From: Nannocystis bainbridge
GTDB lineage: Bacteria; Myxococcota_A; Polyangia; Nannocystales; Nannocystaceae
DNA length: 64,000 nucleotides
Direction of reading: 5' to 3'
Assembly (NCBI RefSeq): GCF_028368995.1
Contig: NZ_JAQNDL010000001.1
Span: forward strand, 1,152,001 to 1,216,000
The translations under genes were made by a program, and so were the position numbers. Positions 1 through 11,200 of the stretch are shown here, piece after piece (the stretch's first letter is position 1; every line of letters starts with the position of its first letter). The notes beneath the pieces are model-generated. The model did no database searches. It worked only from the letters and a program-made list of their open reading frames with translations, and was not told where the DNA came from.

Positions 1-2
1 CA

Positions 3-2948
3 GGCGGCATCTGCGACGCCCGGAGCGATCAATACAGCTTTTGTCTGGCCCTGTGGCAGGCCATGCACGGCGAGGTACCGCTCGCACCGAAGTGGCGCCA
101 CGACCTCCGCGCGTGGCAGGCCCTCGGGCTCAAGCGACAGAGGACCCCGCTCTGGCTGCGACGCATCCTGCTCCGCGGTCTCCACCCGGACCCGAACGAG
201 CGGTGGCCATCGATGCAGGCGCTCGTCGAGCAGCTCCAGCGCGATCCCGGCCGGCAAGTCCGGCGGGCCGCGCTCGTCGTCATGAGCGGGCTGCTGATCG
301 TCGCGGTCGCATGCACCGTCTTTCGGTTGCAGATCGGCTGGGCCCGCGCGGAGGAGGAAGCACAGCGTGCGGAGGAGGAAGCACAGCGTGCGGAGGAGGA
401 AGCACAGCGCGCCGAGGCCGACGCCCGGAAGAAGGCTCGAGCGCTCGCGGCCACCGAGAGCGAGCTCTTCGACGCCTCATGCACGCTGGGCGCTATACGC
501 GAGCGGGACCCGACGATCGCCGCGTCGCTCCTCGCGGCTGTCCGAGACATCAGTACGCCACAGTGGCGCAACGTAGCGCTCAACAAGCTGCTGCGCCCGC
601 TCAGTTGGACGATCTTGCGGGGTCATACCGAGGAGCTGCGCGGAGTGGCCTTCTCACCCGGTGGTGAACATGTCGTCACCGCCAGCCTCGACAATACGAT
701 CCGCCAATGGCGAACGGACGGCACCGGCGAACCCCGGGTGCTGGCGGGTCACACCGGTGATGTGCATATCGTGCAGTTCAGTCGGGACGGCCGCGTCATT
801 GCCTCGGCTTCGCGGGACGGGACCGTGAGGGTCTGGGACGCCTCCGATCCGGAGGTCTCGCGGGTGCTCACAGGGCACACGGGACCTGTGTGGTTCGTCG
901 ATTTCAGCCCGGACGGCGACCAGCTCGTCTCGGGTGGCGACCACGGCGAAATCTTCCTATGGGAGAGGCGCAAAGACGCTGCCGCTCTGGATTTCGAGCG
1001 GGTCAAGGATGCGAGATTCGACGGACATCGGGGCGACGTGTTCCACGTCGAGGTCAGCGCCGACGGCCGTCTGCTCGTTTCGGCCGGCGCCGATGGCACG
1101 GCGCGGATCTGGTCGCTCGAGCGACCAGCGCTCTTGCAAACGCTTCGTCACGGCAAAGGAAGGGTGCTCCGCGCCCACTTCAGCCTGGACGGCGCCCGGG
1201 TCGTCACCGCACCTTCGTCCGGGCCAGCGCACATGTGGGCGGTCGCAGGAGGCACGCTGCTGCATGTCCTCGGACCCGAGCGATTCGGCGTTCAGGACGC
1301 GCGCTTCGACGGGACAGGTCGGTACATCGCCACCGCGGGCAACGACGGAGACGTCAAGCTGTGGTCCGCCGACAGGGGCCACATGCTGTATCAGCGGAAG
1401 CTCGACGCCGCGATTAGCGCGATCGCCTTCACCCCCTCCGGAGACCTGCTGGCGGCGGCCTCCGCGAGCGGCCTGATCCGAGTGTGGCCGACCCAAGGAC
1501 ATGGAGGATCGTATGATTTGGAGGGCCACCGCGGCGGCGTGTTCCAGCTCGAATTCTCGCGTGACGGCAGCGAACTGGTGTCGACGTCGCATGATATGAC
1601 CGCGCGGGTATGGGATATGACGGAGCTCCAGGCGCGCGTGCCTCGGCGCCTGATCGACGATCCGTCGCGCTGGTCCCGGATCGCAATGGGAGCGCGACAG
1701 GTCGCGCTGTCGACGGGCTCGGCCATTCACGTCCATGATCTCGGCACCGGCCGACAGACTCACACCTTGCGGTTGTGGCGCCAGGCGGCGCGAGTGATGG
1801 AACTCGCTCCCGACGGCCGCGCCCTGGTGGTGCTCACCGAAGACGGCGCGGTGTATCGGTGGAACCTCGCCTCGCGCAAGCGAGAGCGCCGCTTGACCAC
1901 GGGGGCGACAATGTTGCGAGTTCTTCCCGACGGGAAGGTGCTCGTCGGATATGGCGACGGCCAGGTTTCATTGTACGGCGCGGACGGAGCCCGAGTCGCG
2001 CGGGTCGAGGCGCACGGCGCGGAGGTGACAGGGCTCTCCGAGCTCCTCGGCGGCCGCTACGTCGCCTCGACGGGGCTGGACGGCAGGCTGGTGCGCCTGG
2101 ATGTCTCGCAGAAACTCGCGCTCACGGAGCTCCAACCCGCCACCGGGATGCGGCTTCTGGGCGGCTCCGGATGTCCTGACGGGCGGGTCTTGGTATGGGA
2201 CACGAGACATGCAAGGGTCGTCATCTGGGATGCCCTGGGCGCCGTCGTCACCAGGAGCTTCGAACTCGGCTCGGGCCGTGTCTCGCTGGCCGCGCTGGAC
2301 TGCCGCAGTGGTCTCCTCGCGGTGAGGACGCGAAGCGGGAATCTGCGCGTGCAAACCGCGGACGGCCGCGAGGTCGCGCATGGCGAAGGATCTCTCGGGA
2401 GCGGGGCGTGGCACCTCTTCATGCAGGCTCGACCGGCTCTCGTCGCCCTGGACGACCCGCACGCGGGCCTGCGCCTGTTCGAGGCGAGCTCCCTGGATGA
2501 GTTCGCCTCGCTCGAGGGCCAGGGCCCCGGGACGCAAGTCTTTGCCAGGGACGATGAATTGTGGATCGCCCGCGAGGAGCACGGCGTCACCCGAATGGAC
2601 ATCACGTCGCTGTTGCGCTCCACCTCTGAACTGAAGCGCGAGCTGGAGCGCCGGACGACCGCCTGCCCCGACCTGGCGACCTGGCGCACTGTGTCTCTCG
2701 ACGACGAGAGGGCGCGTTCGGCCGTCGCGCATTGCAACCTCCGGCACCGCCGCGGCCTAGCCTTCGACGAGTATCGTGAGCCGGTGGTACGGGCCGCGCA
2801 CGGGACGACGCTCGGGAAGTTTGAGCCAACCCGTCGCAGCCCGTATGTGACGGCCTCTCGCCCGACCGCGGCCCAAGAGTACAGGTGCGGGCCCATGACC
2901 GGAGACGCGGGGATCGACTGGTCCGTGGGCCAGGCGAAGAGCCCATGA
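3..2948 (+). CDS. Ser/Thr protein kinase with TM helix and WD40 repeats (5' part lies outside the window)
   Basis: Frame is open from the window start and reads GGICDARSDQYSFCLALWQAMHG (kinase subdomain IX) and GLHPDPNERWPSM (subdomain XI). A TM segment follows, then many GH...WD repeats (e.g. LAGHTGDVHIVQFSRDG...VRVWD). Confidence 0.9.
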   Translation, partial: GGICDARSDQYSFCLALWQAMHGEVPLAPKWRHDLRAWQALGLKRQRTPLWLRRILLRGLHPDPNERWPSMQALVEQLQRDPGRQVRRAALVVMSGLLIVAVACTVFRLQIGWARAEEEAQRAEEEAQRAEEEAQRAEADARKKARALAATESELFDASCTLGAIRERDPTIAASLLAAVRDISTPQWRNVALNKLLRPLSWTILRGHTEELRGVAFSPGGEHVVTASLDNTIRQWRTDGTGEPRVLAGHTGDVHIVQFSRDGRVIASASRDGTVRVWDASDPEVSRVLTGHTGPVWFVDFSPDGDQLVSGGDHGEIFLWERRKDAAALDFERVKDARFDGHRGDVFHVEVSADGRLLVSAGADGTARIWSLERPALLQTLRHGKGRVLRAHFSLDGARVVTAPSSGPAHMWAVAGGTLLHVLGPERFGVQDARFDGTGRYIATAGNDGDVKLWSADRGHMLYQRKLDAAISAIAFTPSGDLLAAASASGLIRVWPTQGHGGSYDLEGHRGGVFQLEFSRDGSELVSTSHDMTARVWDMTELQARVPRRLIDDPSRWSRIAMGARQVALSTGSAIHVHDLGTGRQTHTLRLWRQAARVMELAPDGRALVVLTEDGAVYRWNLASRKRERRLTTGATMLRVLPDGKVLVGYGDGQVSLYGADGARVARVEAHGAEVTGLSELLGGRYVASTGLDGRLVRLDVSQKLALTELQPATGMRLLGGSGCPDGRVLVWDTRHARVVIWDALGAVVTRSFELGSGRVSLAALDCRSGLLAVRTRSGNLRVQTADGREVAHGEGSLGSGAWHLFMQARPALVALDDPHAGLRLFEASSLDEFASLEGQGPGTQVFARDDELWIAREEHGVTRMDITSLLRSTSELKRELERRTTACPDLATWRTVSLDDERARSAVAHCNLRHRRGLAFDEYREPVVRAAHGTTLGKFEPTRRSPYVTASRPTAAQEYRCGPMTGDAGIDWSVGQAKSP
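348..416 (+). repeat. 21-bp coding tandem repeat, about 3 copies (AEEEAQR)
   Basis: gcggaggaggaagcacagcgt repeated in the coiled-coil linker after the TM helix. Confidence 0.9.
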
Positions 2949-3246
2949 TTGAAATCCCACAGGCCATCGGGTTATGCTAGAGATCGCTCGCAGCGAGGGT
3001 TGGACGCGGGGCGGCGCCTTGCCGATGCGGCGATCGGTCCGGGCATGAGCGGCTCGGACAGGCTATCATCGATCGCCCGCGCACGCTCCGAGCGCAAGCG
3101 CGTGGCTCGGATGGGCCCGGCCACCAGTGACCGTGGCGCCAGGACCATCATGGCCGTGAGCAGCGACCGGATGGGTGGCGGCGAACGCGACGTGTCCGAG
3201 CCCGTCGCTCGATGAGCGGCCCGTCGTACTCAGGATCAGGCGCATT

Positions 3247-4125
3247 TCAACGAACCATGGAGAGCTGCAGCGTGCGCAAGCGCGAGCGATCGCGGATGCC
3301 GATGGCGATGAGGGTCGCCGACAGGACGAGGGCGAAGGTGCCGGCGATTGCGCTGGCCACCATGCACGTCTCGGTCGTCCGCTCGAAGGCGCGCAGCTCC
3401 GAGAGGTACTGCGGCGACGCCCCCGCGGGCTGCAGTGCGATCCGCTCCTGGGCGAGCGAGTGCCAGGACACCGTGCGGGCAAACAGCGCGGCGCTGGCAA
3501 GGACGACGCCGCCCATCACGCCGCCCGTGATCAGCTCGGCGCGGCTCCTGCGGCGGGCCTGAAACGCGGCCCGCGACTCGTCGAGTTCTCGCTGGGTGCT
3601 CAGGACACGATCGTGCAGTTCCTCCGGGCCCTCGGGCCGAGTTGCCGGGTGATCGCCGAAGGTCGCGCCCGTCAGTTGCTCGTCTTGCAGCTCGACGAGG
3701 AGCGATTGCGCCTGCTCGAGGTGCTGGGGTTGCTCCTGGAGCACGGCGAGCGAGATGAGCATCCGCGACGCGTTCAGCTTCTGTTCGCGTCCCTGGAGCT
3801 TTTCGAAGTCGCGCGCAACACCGAGGTAATCGCGGGCCAACAGCTTGTTCGCTGTGCGCGTCAGGCCGCTGTTCTCGCGGGTGAGGATGCGATTCGCCTG
3901 CCTCTCTCCGTCGAGCTGGCGCTCGAGAAGCTCGACCTGAGCCTTCAACTCCTGGCTGGTCGGACCCTTCATGCGGGGCCGCGGACGTGGCGCTCTCCCG
4001 GCCGTCGCCGCCGCCTGGGTCTGTGTCGCTGGAGAGCCGTTGTTCCGGGCGAGGACCGGAGCCGGCAGCAGGGACAGGGCGAGGCTGACGCCGAGGATGA
4101 CTCGACAGGGGCGCGCGAATGACAC
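3247..4125 (-). CDS. Hypothetical membrane protein with signal peptide, coiled coil and two C-terminal TM helices
   Basis: N-terminal signal-like segment (ILGVSLALSLLPAPVLA), heptad region and two hydrophobic segments. Confidence 0.65.
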   Translation of the reverse strand: MSFARPCRVILGVSLALSLLPAPVLARNNGSPATQTQAAATAGRAPRPRPRMKGPTSQELKAQVELLERQLDGERQANRILTRENSGLTRTANKLLARDYLGVARDFEKLQGREQKLNASRMLISLAVLQEQPQHLEQAQSLLVELQDEQLTGATFGDHPATRPEGPEELHDRVLSTQRELDESRAAFQARRRSRAELITGGVMGGVVLASAALFARTVSWHSLAQERIALQPAGASPQYLSELRAFERTTETCMVASAIAGTFALVLSATLIAIGIRDRSRLRTLQLSMVR

Positions 4126-4304
4126 ACCGGGAGCGTGGTCCAGGCTGCGCCCATTTCAAGTTGCGCAGATCGACGTACGGACGGACTGTGAGGGACGCTA
4201 CTCGCAGCACTCGACTCAACTTCGCCGCGGATCCCATCACGCGGCGGGTCGGCTGTGAAGCCCGACACTGGCAAGCTGATTTGCCTACCCCCTATTTCGA
4301 GCCC

Positions 4305-6155
4305 ATGCGCTCAAGCCATCGTTTCGCTACTACGCTCCCCGCCCTGTTGCTCCTTGCAGGGTGCCCTCCATGGCCTCCAGAGAAGACACCCACCGACAGC
4401 GAGGGCGCAGAGCCCACGAGCTCGTCGGACCCCACGGGCACGCCCACCGGCGAGTCCGGGACGGGCGCGACGACTGACGATCCCACGACCGGCGCGGCCG
4501 AGACCGGGCTGATCGAGGACTGTGCGGTGCTGCGCGAGGCGTCGCGGGACTTCCTGAAGACCTACTGTGACACATGCCATGGCGTCGAACCGGGCAATGG
4601 GGGGCTGCACAACATCTCCGACCTCGACACCATGATCGAGCAGAAACGGATCGTCGGCGGCAACCCCGACGCCTCCAAGCTGTACGCGCGCGTCGAGAAC
4701 GGGGAGATGCCTCCGAAGGAGGCGGTGCCCGCGTCCTCGCTGGAGGAGTTCGGGCAGTATATCAGCAAGTGCGTCACGGCCCCCGCTGGGGATCCGTTGG
4801 TGCCGCCGAAGTGCGCTCCGGCGGACCCCATCGAGCCGCATGAGATGGTCGACCTCATCCACCAGGATCTGGGCCAGGTGGACGGCGACGACCGGCCGTT
4901 CATGCGTTACTACTCGTTGGTCCATCTCCGCAACCTCGGCCTTTGCCCGGCACAGCTCAAGACGTACGAGCAGGCGCTGTCCAAGGCTCTCAACAGCCTG
5001 TCGACGACGAAATTCATTCACCCGCCCGTTGCCGTCGACGGCTCCGGCAGGACCCTCTTCCGCTACGACCTCCGTCATTACGGGTGGTCGGCGCTCCAGT
5101 ACGAGTCGGTCGTGTGTGAGGTCCCGTTCGCGGTCGAGTACTTCGACGGCGGATTTATGACCAACGCGAACGCGGTCAAGCAGGACACGAAGACGAAGGT
5201 GTTCGTGCTCCCGGGCGACGCGCTCCTGCACTCCACGACGCGGCCGCCGCTCTATCACCAGCTCCTTGGGATCCCCGGCACGCTGGCGGACCTCGAGGGC
5301 AAGCTCGGCATCGACCTTGCCGCGGATACGGCCTTCGAGGCCGCGAACGACCAGGAGGTCACGACGTGGGCCGGCTTCAAGAAGTCGAACGTCGGGTTCT
5401 TCAACCGCGTCATCCAGCGGTTCCTCCTGTCCGCGGAGGACTACTTCTGGATCAGCCGCGACTTCAACAGCAACAACGGCTTCTCAGACATCAAGGCTCA
5501 CCCCATCGACTTCAAGGCGGCCGGCGGGGAGATCATCTATTCGCTAGAGAATAGGCTCCAGGGCTACATGATCGTCGATGCCGCTGGGAACCGCCTGGAT
5601 AAGGCGCCGACGGATGTGGTCGTCAACGTCGAAGACGGGGGAGCTCCGGTCGTCAACGGCATCTCATGCATGGGGTGCCACGCGCGAGGGATCCGGGTCA
5701 AGTCCGACGAGGTCCTGAAGCACGTCCAGTCCAACCAGAACCTGTTCGACGCCGCGACGAAGGAGGCCGTCAAGAACATCTACGGGCCCGCGGACGAGTT
5801 CAGCGAATGGCAAGCCAGCGACAAGGATCGCTTCCTAGCCGCGGTGAACGAGTGCGAAGCCCCCCACATGGTGCCGACGAGCCAGGGCGACCGCGAGCCG
5901 ATCTTTTTGATCGATATCGCATTCGAGCAGCAGCTCGAGCTCACCCAGGTGGCCGCAGAGCTGGGCGTGCCGGACTCGCAGGTGCTCCAGTTGAGCAACG
6001 AGCCGCAGTTCAGCGACTTCGCGGAGCTCGACGACGACGGCGGAACGATCACGCGCGACGAGTTCGCGGCCGTCTTCGGGGCGGCGTTCGAGGCGCTCCA
6101 GCTCGGCGACGGCAACCCGCTCTCATCGTGCTCTGCGTCGAAGCCGCTGCCTTGA
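4305..6155 (+). CDS. Di-heme c-type cytochrome lipoprotein (Planctomycete cytochrome c-like N-domain)
   Basis: Lipobox LLLLAGC, Thr/Gly/Ser linker, CDTCH followed by GEMPP, and a second heme motif SCMGCH. Confidence 0.8.
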   Translation: MRSSHRFATTLPALLLLAGCPPWPPEKTPTDSEGAEPTSSSDPTGTPTGESGTGATTDDPTTGAAETGLIEDCAVLREASRDFLKTYCDTCHGVEPGNGGLHNISDLDTMIEQKRIVGGNPDASKLYARVENGEMPPKEAVPASSLEEFGQYISKCVTAPAGDPLVPPKCAPADPIEPHEMVDLIHQDLGQVDGDDRPFMRYYSLVHLRNLGLCPAQLKTYEQALSKALNSLSTTKFIHPPVAVDGSGRTLFRYDLRHYGWSALQYESVVCEVPFAVEYFDGGFMTNANAVKQDTKTKVFVLPGDALLHSTTRPPLYHQLLGIPGTLADLEGKLGIDLAADTAFEAANDQEVTTWAGFKKSNVGFFNRVIQRFLLSAEDYFWISRDFNSNNGFSDIKAHPIDFKAAGGEIIYSLENRLQGYMIVDAAGNRLDKAPTDVVVNVEDGGAPVVNGISCMGCHARGIRVKSDEVLKHVQSNQNLFDAATKEAVKNIYGPADEFSEWQASDKDRFLAAVNECEAPHMVPTSQGDREPIFLIDIAFEQQLELTQVAAELGVPDSQVLQLSNEPQFSDFAELDDDGGTITRDEFAAVFGAAFEALQLGDGNPLSSCSASKPLP

Positions 6156-6384
6156 GCACGCCCACGCCGGTGACCGCTCGCGCATCGCAGGAGTTCCTGT
6201 CACAATGTGGCCCAGGGCGCTCGGGAGCGTCACCGTCCTTCGTGTGCCGGTGGTGCACCTGGGGCGGCGCGTCGGTGCAAACTCGGGCAAGCTCGGCAGG
6301 CTTGCGACGAGGCGCGCCTGCCGCGTTCCTCGTATAGCACTGACGTTCGTGGGGTCGCCGATCCGCTTGGCCGTCCCGAGCCGG

Positions 6385-6575
6385 AAGAGCTCGACCGAGA
6401 TGCACTCGCTGGTCCTCGGATAGACGATGTGCAGCTTGTTGCCCGAGTAGTCGACGAAGGCCTTGTCGCCGGCCACGTGGTCGATCCGCATCGTCCAGCC
6501 CGCGCTGCTTCAGCCAGGTTCGGTACAGCTCGCAGAATTGCGTGTAGCGGTACCCGTCCCGGTTCTTCTCGAGGA
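6385..6575 (-). mobile_element. IS21-family transposase (IstA) internal fragment, frameshifted
   Basis: DGYRYTQFCELYRTWLKQRGL, then a frameshift to MRIDHVAGDKAFVDYSGNKLHIV, matching the typical IstA segment. Confidence 0.75.
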
Positions 6576-7020
6576 GGACGTGCAGCCCGAGCTCGACTAC
6601 GAGAAGGAGGAAGAGCGCTTTCTCGAGGTGCTCGCCCCCTTCGTGAGCGACGGCCGGGCGCTGGTGCGTGTGGTCGAGGACGGTACGCTCCAGGACCTCG
6701 AACGGGCGCTACTGGTAGACACTTACGACGTCGTGCATCTCACCGGCCACGGGTGATGACCCCGCAGGGCCACGCGGCTGGTCATGGAGGACGACGTTGG
6801 CATGCGCGGCCGCCTACCGGACGGCACGCCTGCCGACGTCTCGCCCGTGGAGTTGATCGCCGTGCTCCGGCGTGCCGCATCGATGCCCCCGATCGTCGTG
6901 CTCTCGAACTGCCACAGCGCCGAATCGCACGACGCCACGCCGAGCTTCGCCGTCGAGCTGGTCGCTGCAGGCGTGCCCGTTGCACTCGGCTGGACGCGGC
7001 CGTGGAGGCATCGTGCCCGC
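6575..7020 (+). pseudogene. CHAT (caspase-like) domain fragment
   Basis: LDYEKEEE...GTLQDL...YDVVHLTGHG then a stop; continues as MEDD...VVLSNCHS...LVAAGVPVALGW. His and Cys catalytic motifs are separated by a stop/indel, and both ends are truncated. Confidence 0.75.
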
Positions 7021-7070
7021 GCAGCTCCCGCGTTGGAGCGGCCTGTGCTATGGAGACGTCGTCCTGGGAA

Positions 7071-7466
7071 CTATCTCAGGAGCTCTTTGAGGTAGGTCGG
7101 AGGGATCGGATGTTGGAAGAGTGGATGGGCTCGGTCGTTGATGCCGAGGAACTCCGCCCGCAGCTCTTGATCTTCTGGCAGCTCAAGGTCTCTCTCGACA
7201 TTCTGGTCCACCTCCGGTGGCAAGTACCCAAGGGATTTCGAGCCATCATAGGCGCTGGGGATCAGCTTCCCAGTGCCAGCCGCTGGATACCATCCGGTGT
7301 ACGAAATGAACTGCGTCTCGCTGAGGAGAACCTTCTCGCGGCAATATGCAGTGGCATCCGCGCTAACGCATACTCGATGTCGCTCCCACTCCTCCTGAGG
7401 GACATGCATGACCTTGGGCAGGGCGCGGAGGGCGACGAGGAGGGCTTCTTGGATCTTGGCGTCCAT
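7071..7466 (-). CDS. Hypothetical protein
   Basis: Protein-like composition (MDAKIQEALLVALRALPKV...) in a lower-GC segment; no motif recognised. Confidence 0.5.
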   Translation of the reverse strand: MDAKIQEALLVALRALPKVMHVPQEEWERHRVCVSADATAYCREKVLLSETQFISYTGWYPAAGTGKLIPSAYDGSKSLGYLPPEVDQNVERDLELPEDQELRAEFLGINDRAHPLFQHPIPPTYLKELLR

Positions 7467-7580
7467 CGGACGAGGATGCCAGGGAAGAAGCAAGCACTCC
7501 AGGCCTTAGGAACGTCGTCCTGAAGCGCTTTCCAAGATCCGCTTGCCGCCCCCCCCAAGACGTGCTGATCTGGCGGCCAA

Positions 7581-7904
7581 ATGTCCGGACCCCCCCCGAC
7601 AACGAGCCTTGTACAGCGGGCCGATCATGAAGCTGGCCACTTCACCGCCGCTCACGCTCAAGGCCTGATCACGCGCCTCGAATGGGTGACGATCAGGCAG
7701 CGAGGTTTCGACGTCGATGCCAACGAGCCGGACGGCCCGCTTTACTTGAGCGCATCGCCTCGCGCGTGGCTCGCACTTCCAGCCGAGCCTCAGTGCGTCA
7801 CGTGGGAATGTCCCGGCGTGCCCCTCGCTCTGCTAATTGACGAGAACAGCCAGATTGAAAATCCTGACTGCAACGCCCGCGCTTTTTCTAACTCAGCAAG
7901 GTAG
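7581..7904 (+). pseudogene. HExxH zinc-peptidase-like (M41/M50-like) remnant
   Basis: ADHEAGHFTAA motif. A YAGML segment follows just after the stop codons. Confidence 0.4.
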
Positions 7905-8209
7905 TGATCAGGCTACGCCGGAATGTTGAGTGCAGGATGCTTCCCTAACGCATGTTCAAGCGCGGAAACCGAGCGAACCACATCACAAGCTGCTTGACGA
8001 GGCTCGGCTCGAGCGTATCGTCGAGACGTCCGAACACTCGCCTCGCCGGCCATGAGCGCGACACGGGAACCCATCAAAAGCTGACATCGCGTATGGGCGA
8101 CAACAGATTCGCCCATACATCTCCCTTCTTCGCCCCACGAAATTTATGCGCGCCCGGGGGCTTACAACCTTCTCCTATCGTCATCAACCTCCACGCCTAT
8201 TGGAGTATC

Positions 8210-11200
8210 ATGAAAGCAATCCACGACCTGCTCCACCTCCTCAACAACCTGCGCGAGCGCATAGGCGGCGATAGCCTGGGTCGCGTCGCCTTGGACAAGC
8301 GCGAGGAGCGTGAGCTACACGCAGGCGTCTCGCGCGGGTTCGAGCTCGGGCTGTCAAGACTCGACGCTGCCAGCCGCAAGCGTTGGGGCGCCGCCGCCCT
8401 GCTGCTCGGCGCCAGGGCGCTCCGCGCCGCCGCCGAGGGCCCCTTTTCCTACGACCGGATCTCCGCCCATGTATCACTGTGGCCGAGGCACCTGGACCAG
8501 CCCCAATACAACGCGCTCGAGGACGGAGCCAAGCTCTGGGGCATCGAGATCATGCGAGTCGTCACCGCGCGCGGGCCCCAGCGGCGCTTCCTCGGCACGC
8601 TGATCCGCCAATCCGGAGCGGGCTGGGTGCTGCTCGAGAAGCTCGCCGCCCTCGTCGCGCGCCAGCAACTCTGGGACTGGATCGTCAGCACCGAGCTCGA
8701 GACTATCGCGGCCTGGATCGACCTCCACGCGCGGCGCACTCTCGGCGAGCGGGTCGAGCGCGCCCTCGATGAAGAGACCCGCGAAGCCCTCGCCGCGAGG
8801 CTCCAGGACCTCGCCAACGTACGCGCTTTGCTCGGCCAGAACGCCACCCCGGAAGCCGCGCTGCAGACCTTCGGCGCAAACGAACTGGCCGCCGCGCTCG
8901 ACGCCCCCAGCACCGACGCCACCCGACGCATGCTCGAGCACCTGTGCCCCTCATCCGACGACGAGGCCTGCGGCGCCCCGCGCTGGCAATGGCACCTCGA
9001 CGGGCGGGGTTACGAGCGCGCCGTCATCGCCCTCCCGCAGCGGCTCCGCCCGCCCGACGACCTGCCGCTCGAGGTCCACGAGTTCCGCGTGCAGCTACTC
9101 GACGATCTGCAGCCCCGCAGCGCCCTGTACGTCCGCGTTCACGGCCGGGACGGCAGGCGCGACCTCTTCGAGCACCGCGAGGGGCCGCGGATCCGCCTCC
9201 CCCGCAACCTCCAGGCCCAGCTCCTCGCCCAGTTCAGGGACGGGCGGGACACGGGCGAGGTCGTCGTCGCCGAGCTGGCCGTCCCGACCGCCCCGATCGC
9301 CGTCTTCGACGCCGAGCGCGGACGGCTGCTCCGTCATCCGCGCGCAGGCACCCGCGTCGCCCTCGTGCTCGCCCCCGGCTGGCGCCTGCACGCCCCGGCG
9401 GGCTTCCTCCCCGGCGGCAAGGAGCCCCTCGAGGCCTGGATCGGGACCATGTCCGACCACGACCTCGCGTGCGAGCTCTCCGGCCCGGACGACGAGACCC
9501 AGTCGTGGACATTGTCCGCGACCCCGCCCCCGCTCGAGCTCACCCTGACGAACGCGGTCCCCGGGCTCCGGCTCGCCCACGCGCCGGTCGTCTGCGGCGC
9601 CCCCGAGTTCCGCAGCAACATCATGCGCGGCAAGGGCACCTGTACCGTACGCCGCAATGGCGAGAGCCTCGGTTCGCTGCAGGTGGTCGTCCGCGGCGGT
9701 CGCCTCAAGCTCTCGTCGGCTTCCCCCTCGACCCTCGATTGGCCGCAGACCGGCGTTTTCTCCCTCGACTTCTCGCTCCGGAGTCACACCTGCACCGAGC
9801 GCGTCGCCGTGCTCCCGGCCGACACGAGGGCGGAGGTCCTCGGCGGCCCGGGCGGCACCACCGCGGCCCTCTCCGGCCCCACTCTGCACGCAAGACTGCG
9901 CACCCTCTCGCCCGATCTACCGACCCAGGAGGGCAAGGGCCGCCTCACGCTCTCGCCGGTCGTCCGCGGCCAGGTCGTGCTCCACTGCGAGCTCGCCGGC
10001 ACCCCGTGGCTCGGCGTGTGGCGGCTATTCGCCCGCCCGCAGATCATGGAGGTCGTCGACACCGAAGGCGCCGTCCGCGACGGCGAGGACGACCTCTCGG
10101 CACTACGCTCCGGCGGCGGACTGCGCGTATACGGCGAGCCCCGCACGATCGTCCAGCTCCAGATCGAAGACGAGCGCTGGTCGCTACGCCTCTCGCCAAA
10201 CGGCGAGCGCGTGTTCCCATTCCGCGAGATCCCGTCGGCCATGCTCCAGCGGATGGCCGAGCAGAAGCAGGTCGAGCAGCTGCGCATCCACGTCCGCTGG
10301 CCCGACCACAGCGAGCAGAAGCGGGCCTTTGCCATCCCCCACAACAAAAAACCCCTGGTGCGGATCGTCCCCGGCGAAGACGGCGCCCCTCCGCGGCTGC
10401 GCGTCGCCTGGTCGCGGCGACCGCCCGGCGAGGTGCACATCGAGGCAGTCCGCGCCTGGCAGCCGTGGGCCCCGAGCGTCTCCTTGCCGGCCCAAGCCGC
10501 GACCTGGCCGGATTTGGACGGCAAGGCGGGCTACGAGGCAGAGGCTCCCCTGGAGCCCGGCAGCTATCAGGTCGCGCTGTTCAGCGGTGAGCGGCAGCTC
10601 TCCGGCGCCACCCTGGTGTTCTGCCCCGACGGCACCCTGCCTCCGCCGCCTCCCCACTTCTCCCGCCTCGAAGCCGAGCTGTGGGACAACCCGGACATCC
10701 GCAAGCTCCCACCGCTTCTGGACCAGTGGAGCGAGGAGGGCAAGGACGAGATGTACCTCCCCGGCCTGCTCCGCAACCTGACGCGTGTCGGCATAAAATG
10801 GTTCCGCATCGCCGAAATTTTGCCCGAGATCACCGGCTCCTGGCGCCTCGAGACCCTGCTGCGCGAAGATCCCAGCGCGCTCGACAGCCTCATCACCGAT
10901 TACTACGAGCAGACCGGACTCGCGTGGATGTTCGTCCGTGATCGCGACCTCGAATGCGTCGCCGGCCGCCTGTATATGCACGGCTCCGGCGCCGCCAACA
11001 AGCTGCTCGCTTGCGTCGCTGAACTCGACGCCGGCCTGCTCTGCGCGGCTGCTCGCGCCTGGGGTCACCTGCTGTCATTCGAGGGCCAGCACCGAGACCA
11101 GACGATCGAGCTCCAACGCCAGCTCAACGCTTACAAAGAGCCGCGACGCATCAGCCCTGACGAGCGCGCGTGGCTCACCGAGCCCGATCTCGAGCCCGAC

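Noticed and set aside
348-416. AEEEAQR repeat as a phase-variation site
   Set aside because: The unit is a multiple of three, so it only changes coiled-coil length.
7952-8209. N-terminal extension of the DruH-like ORF
   Set aside because: Non-protein-like; the ATG at 8210 has a good RBS.
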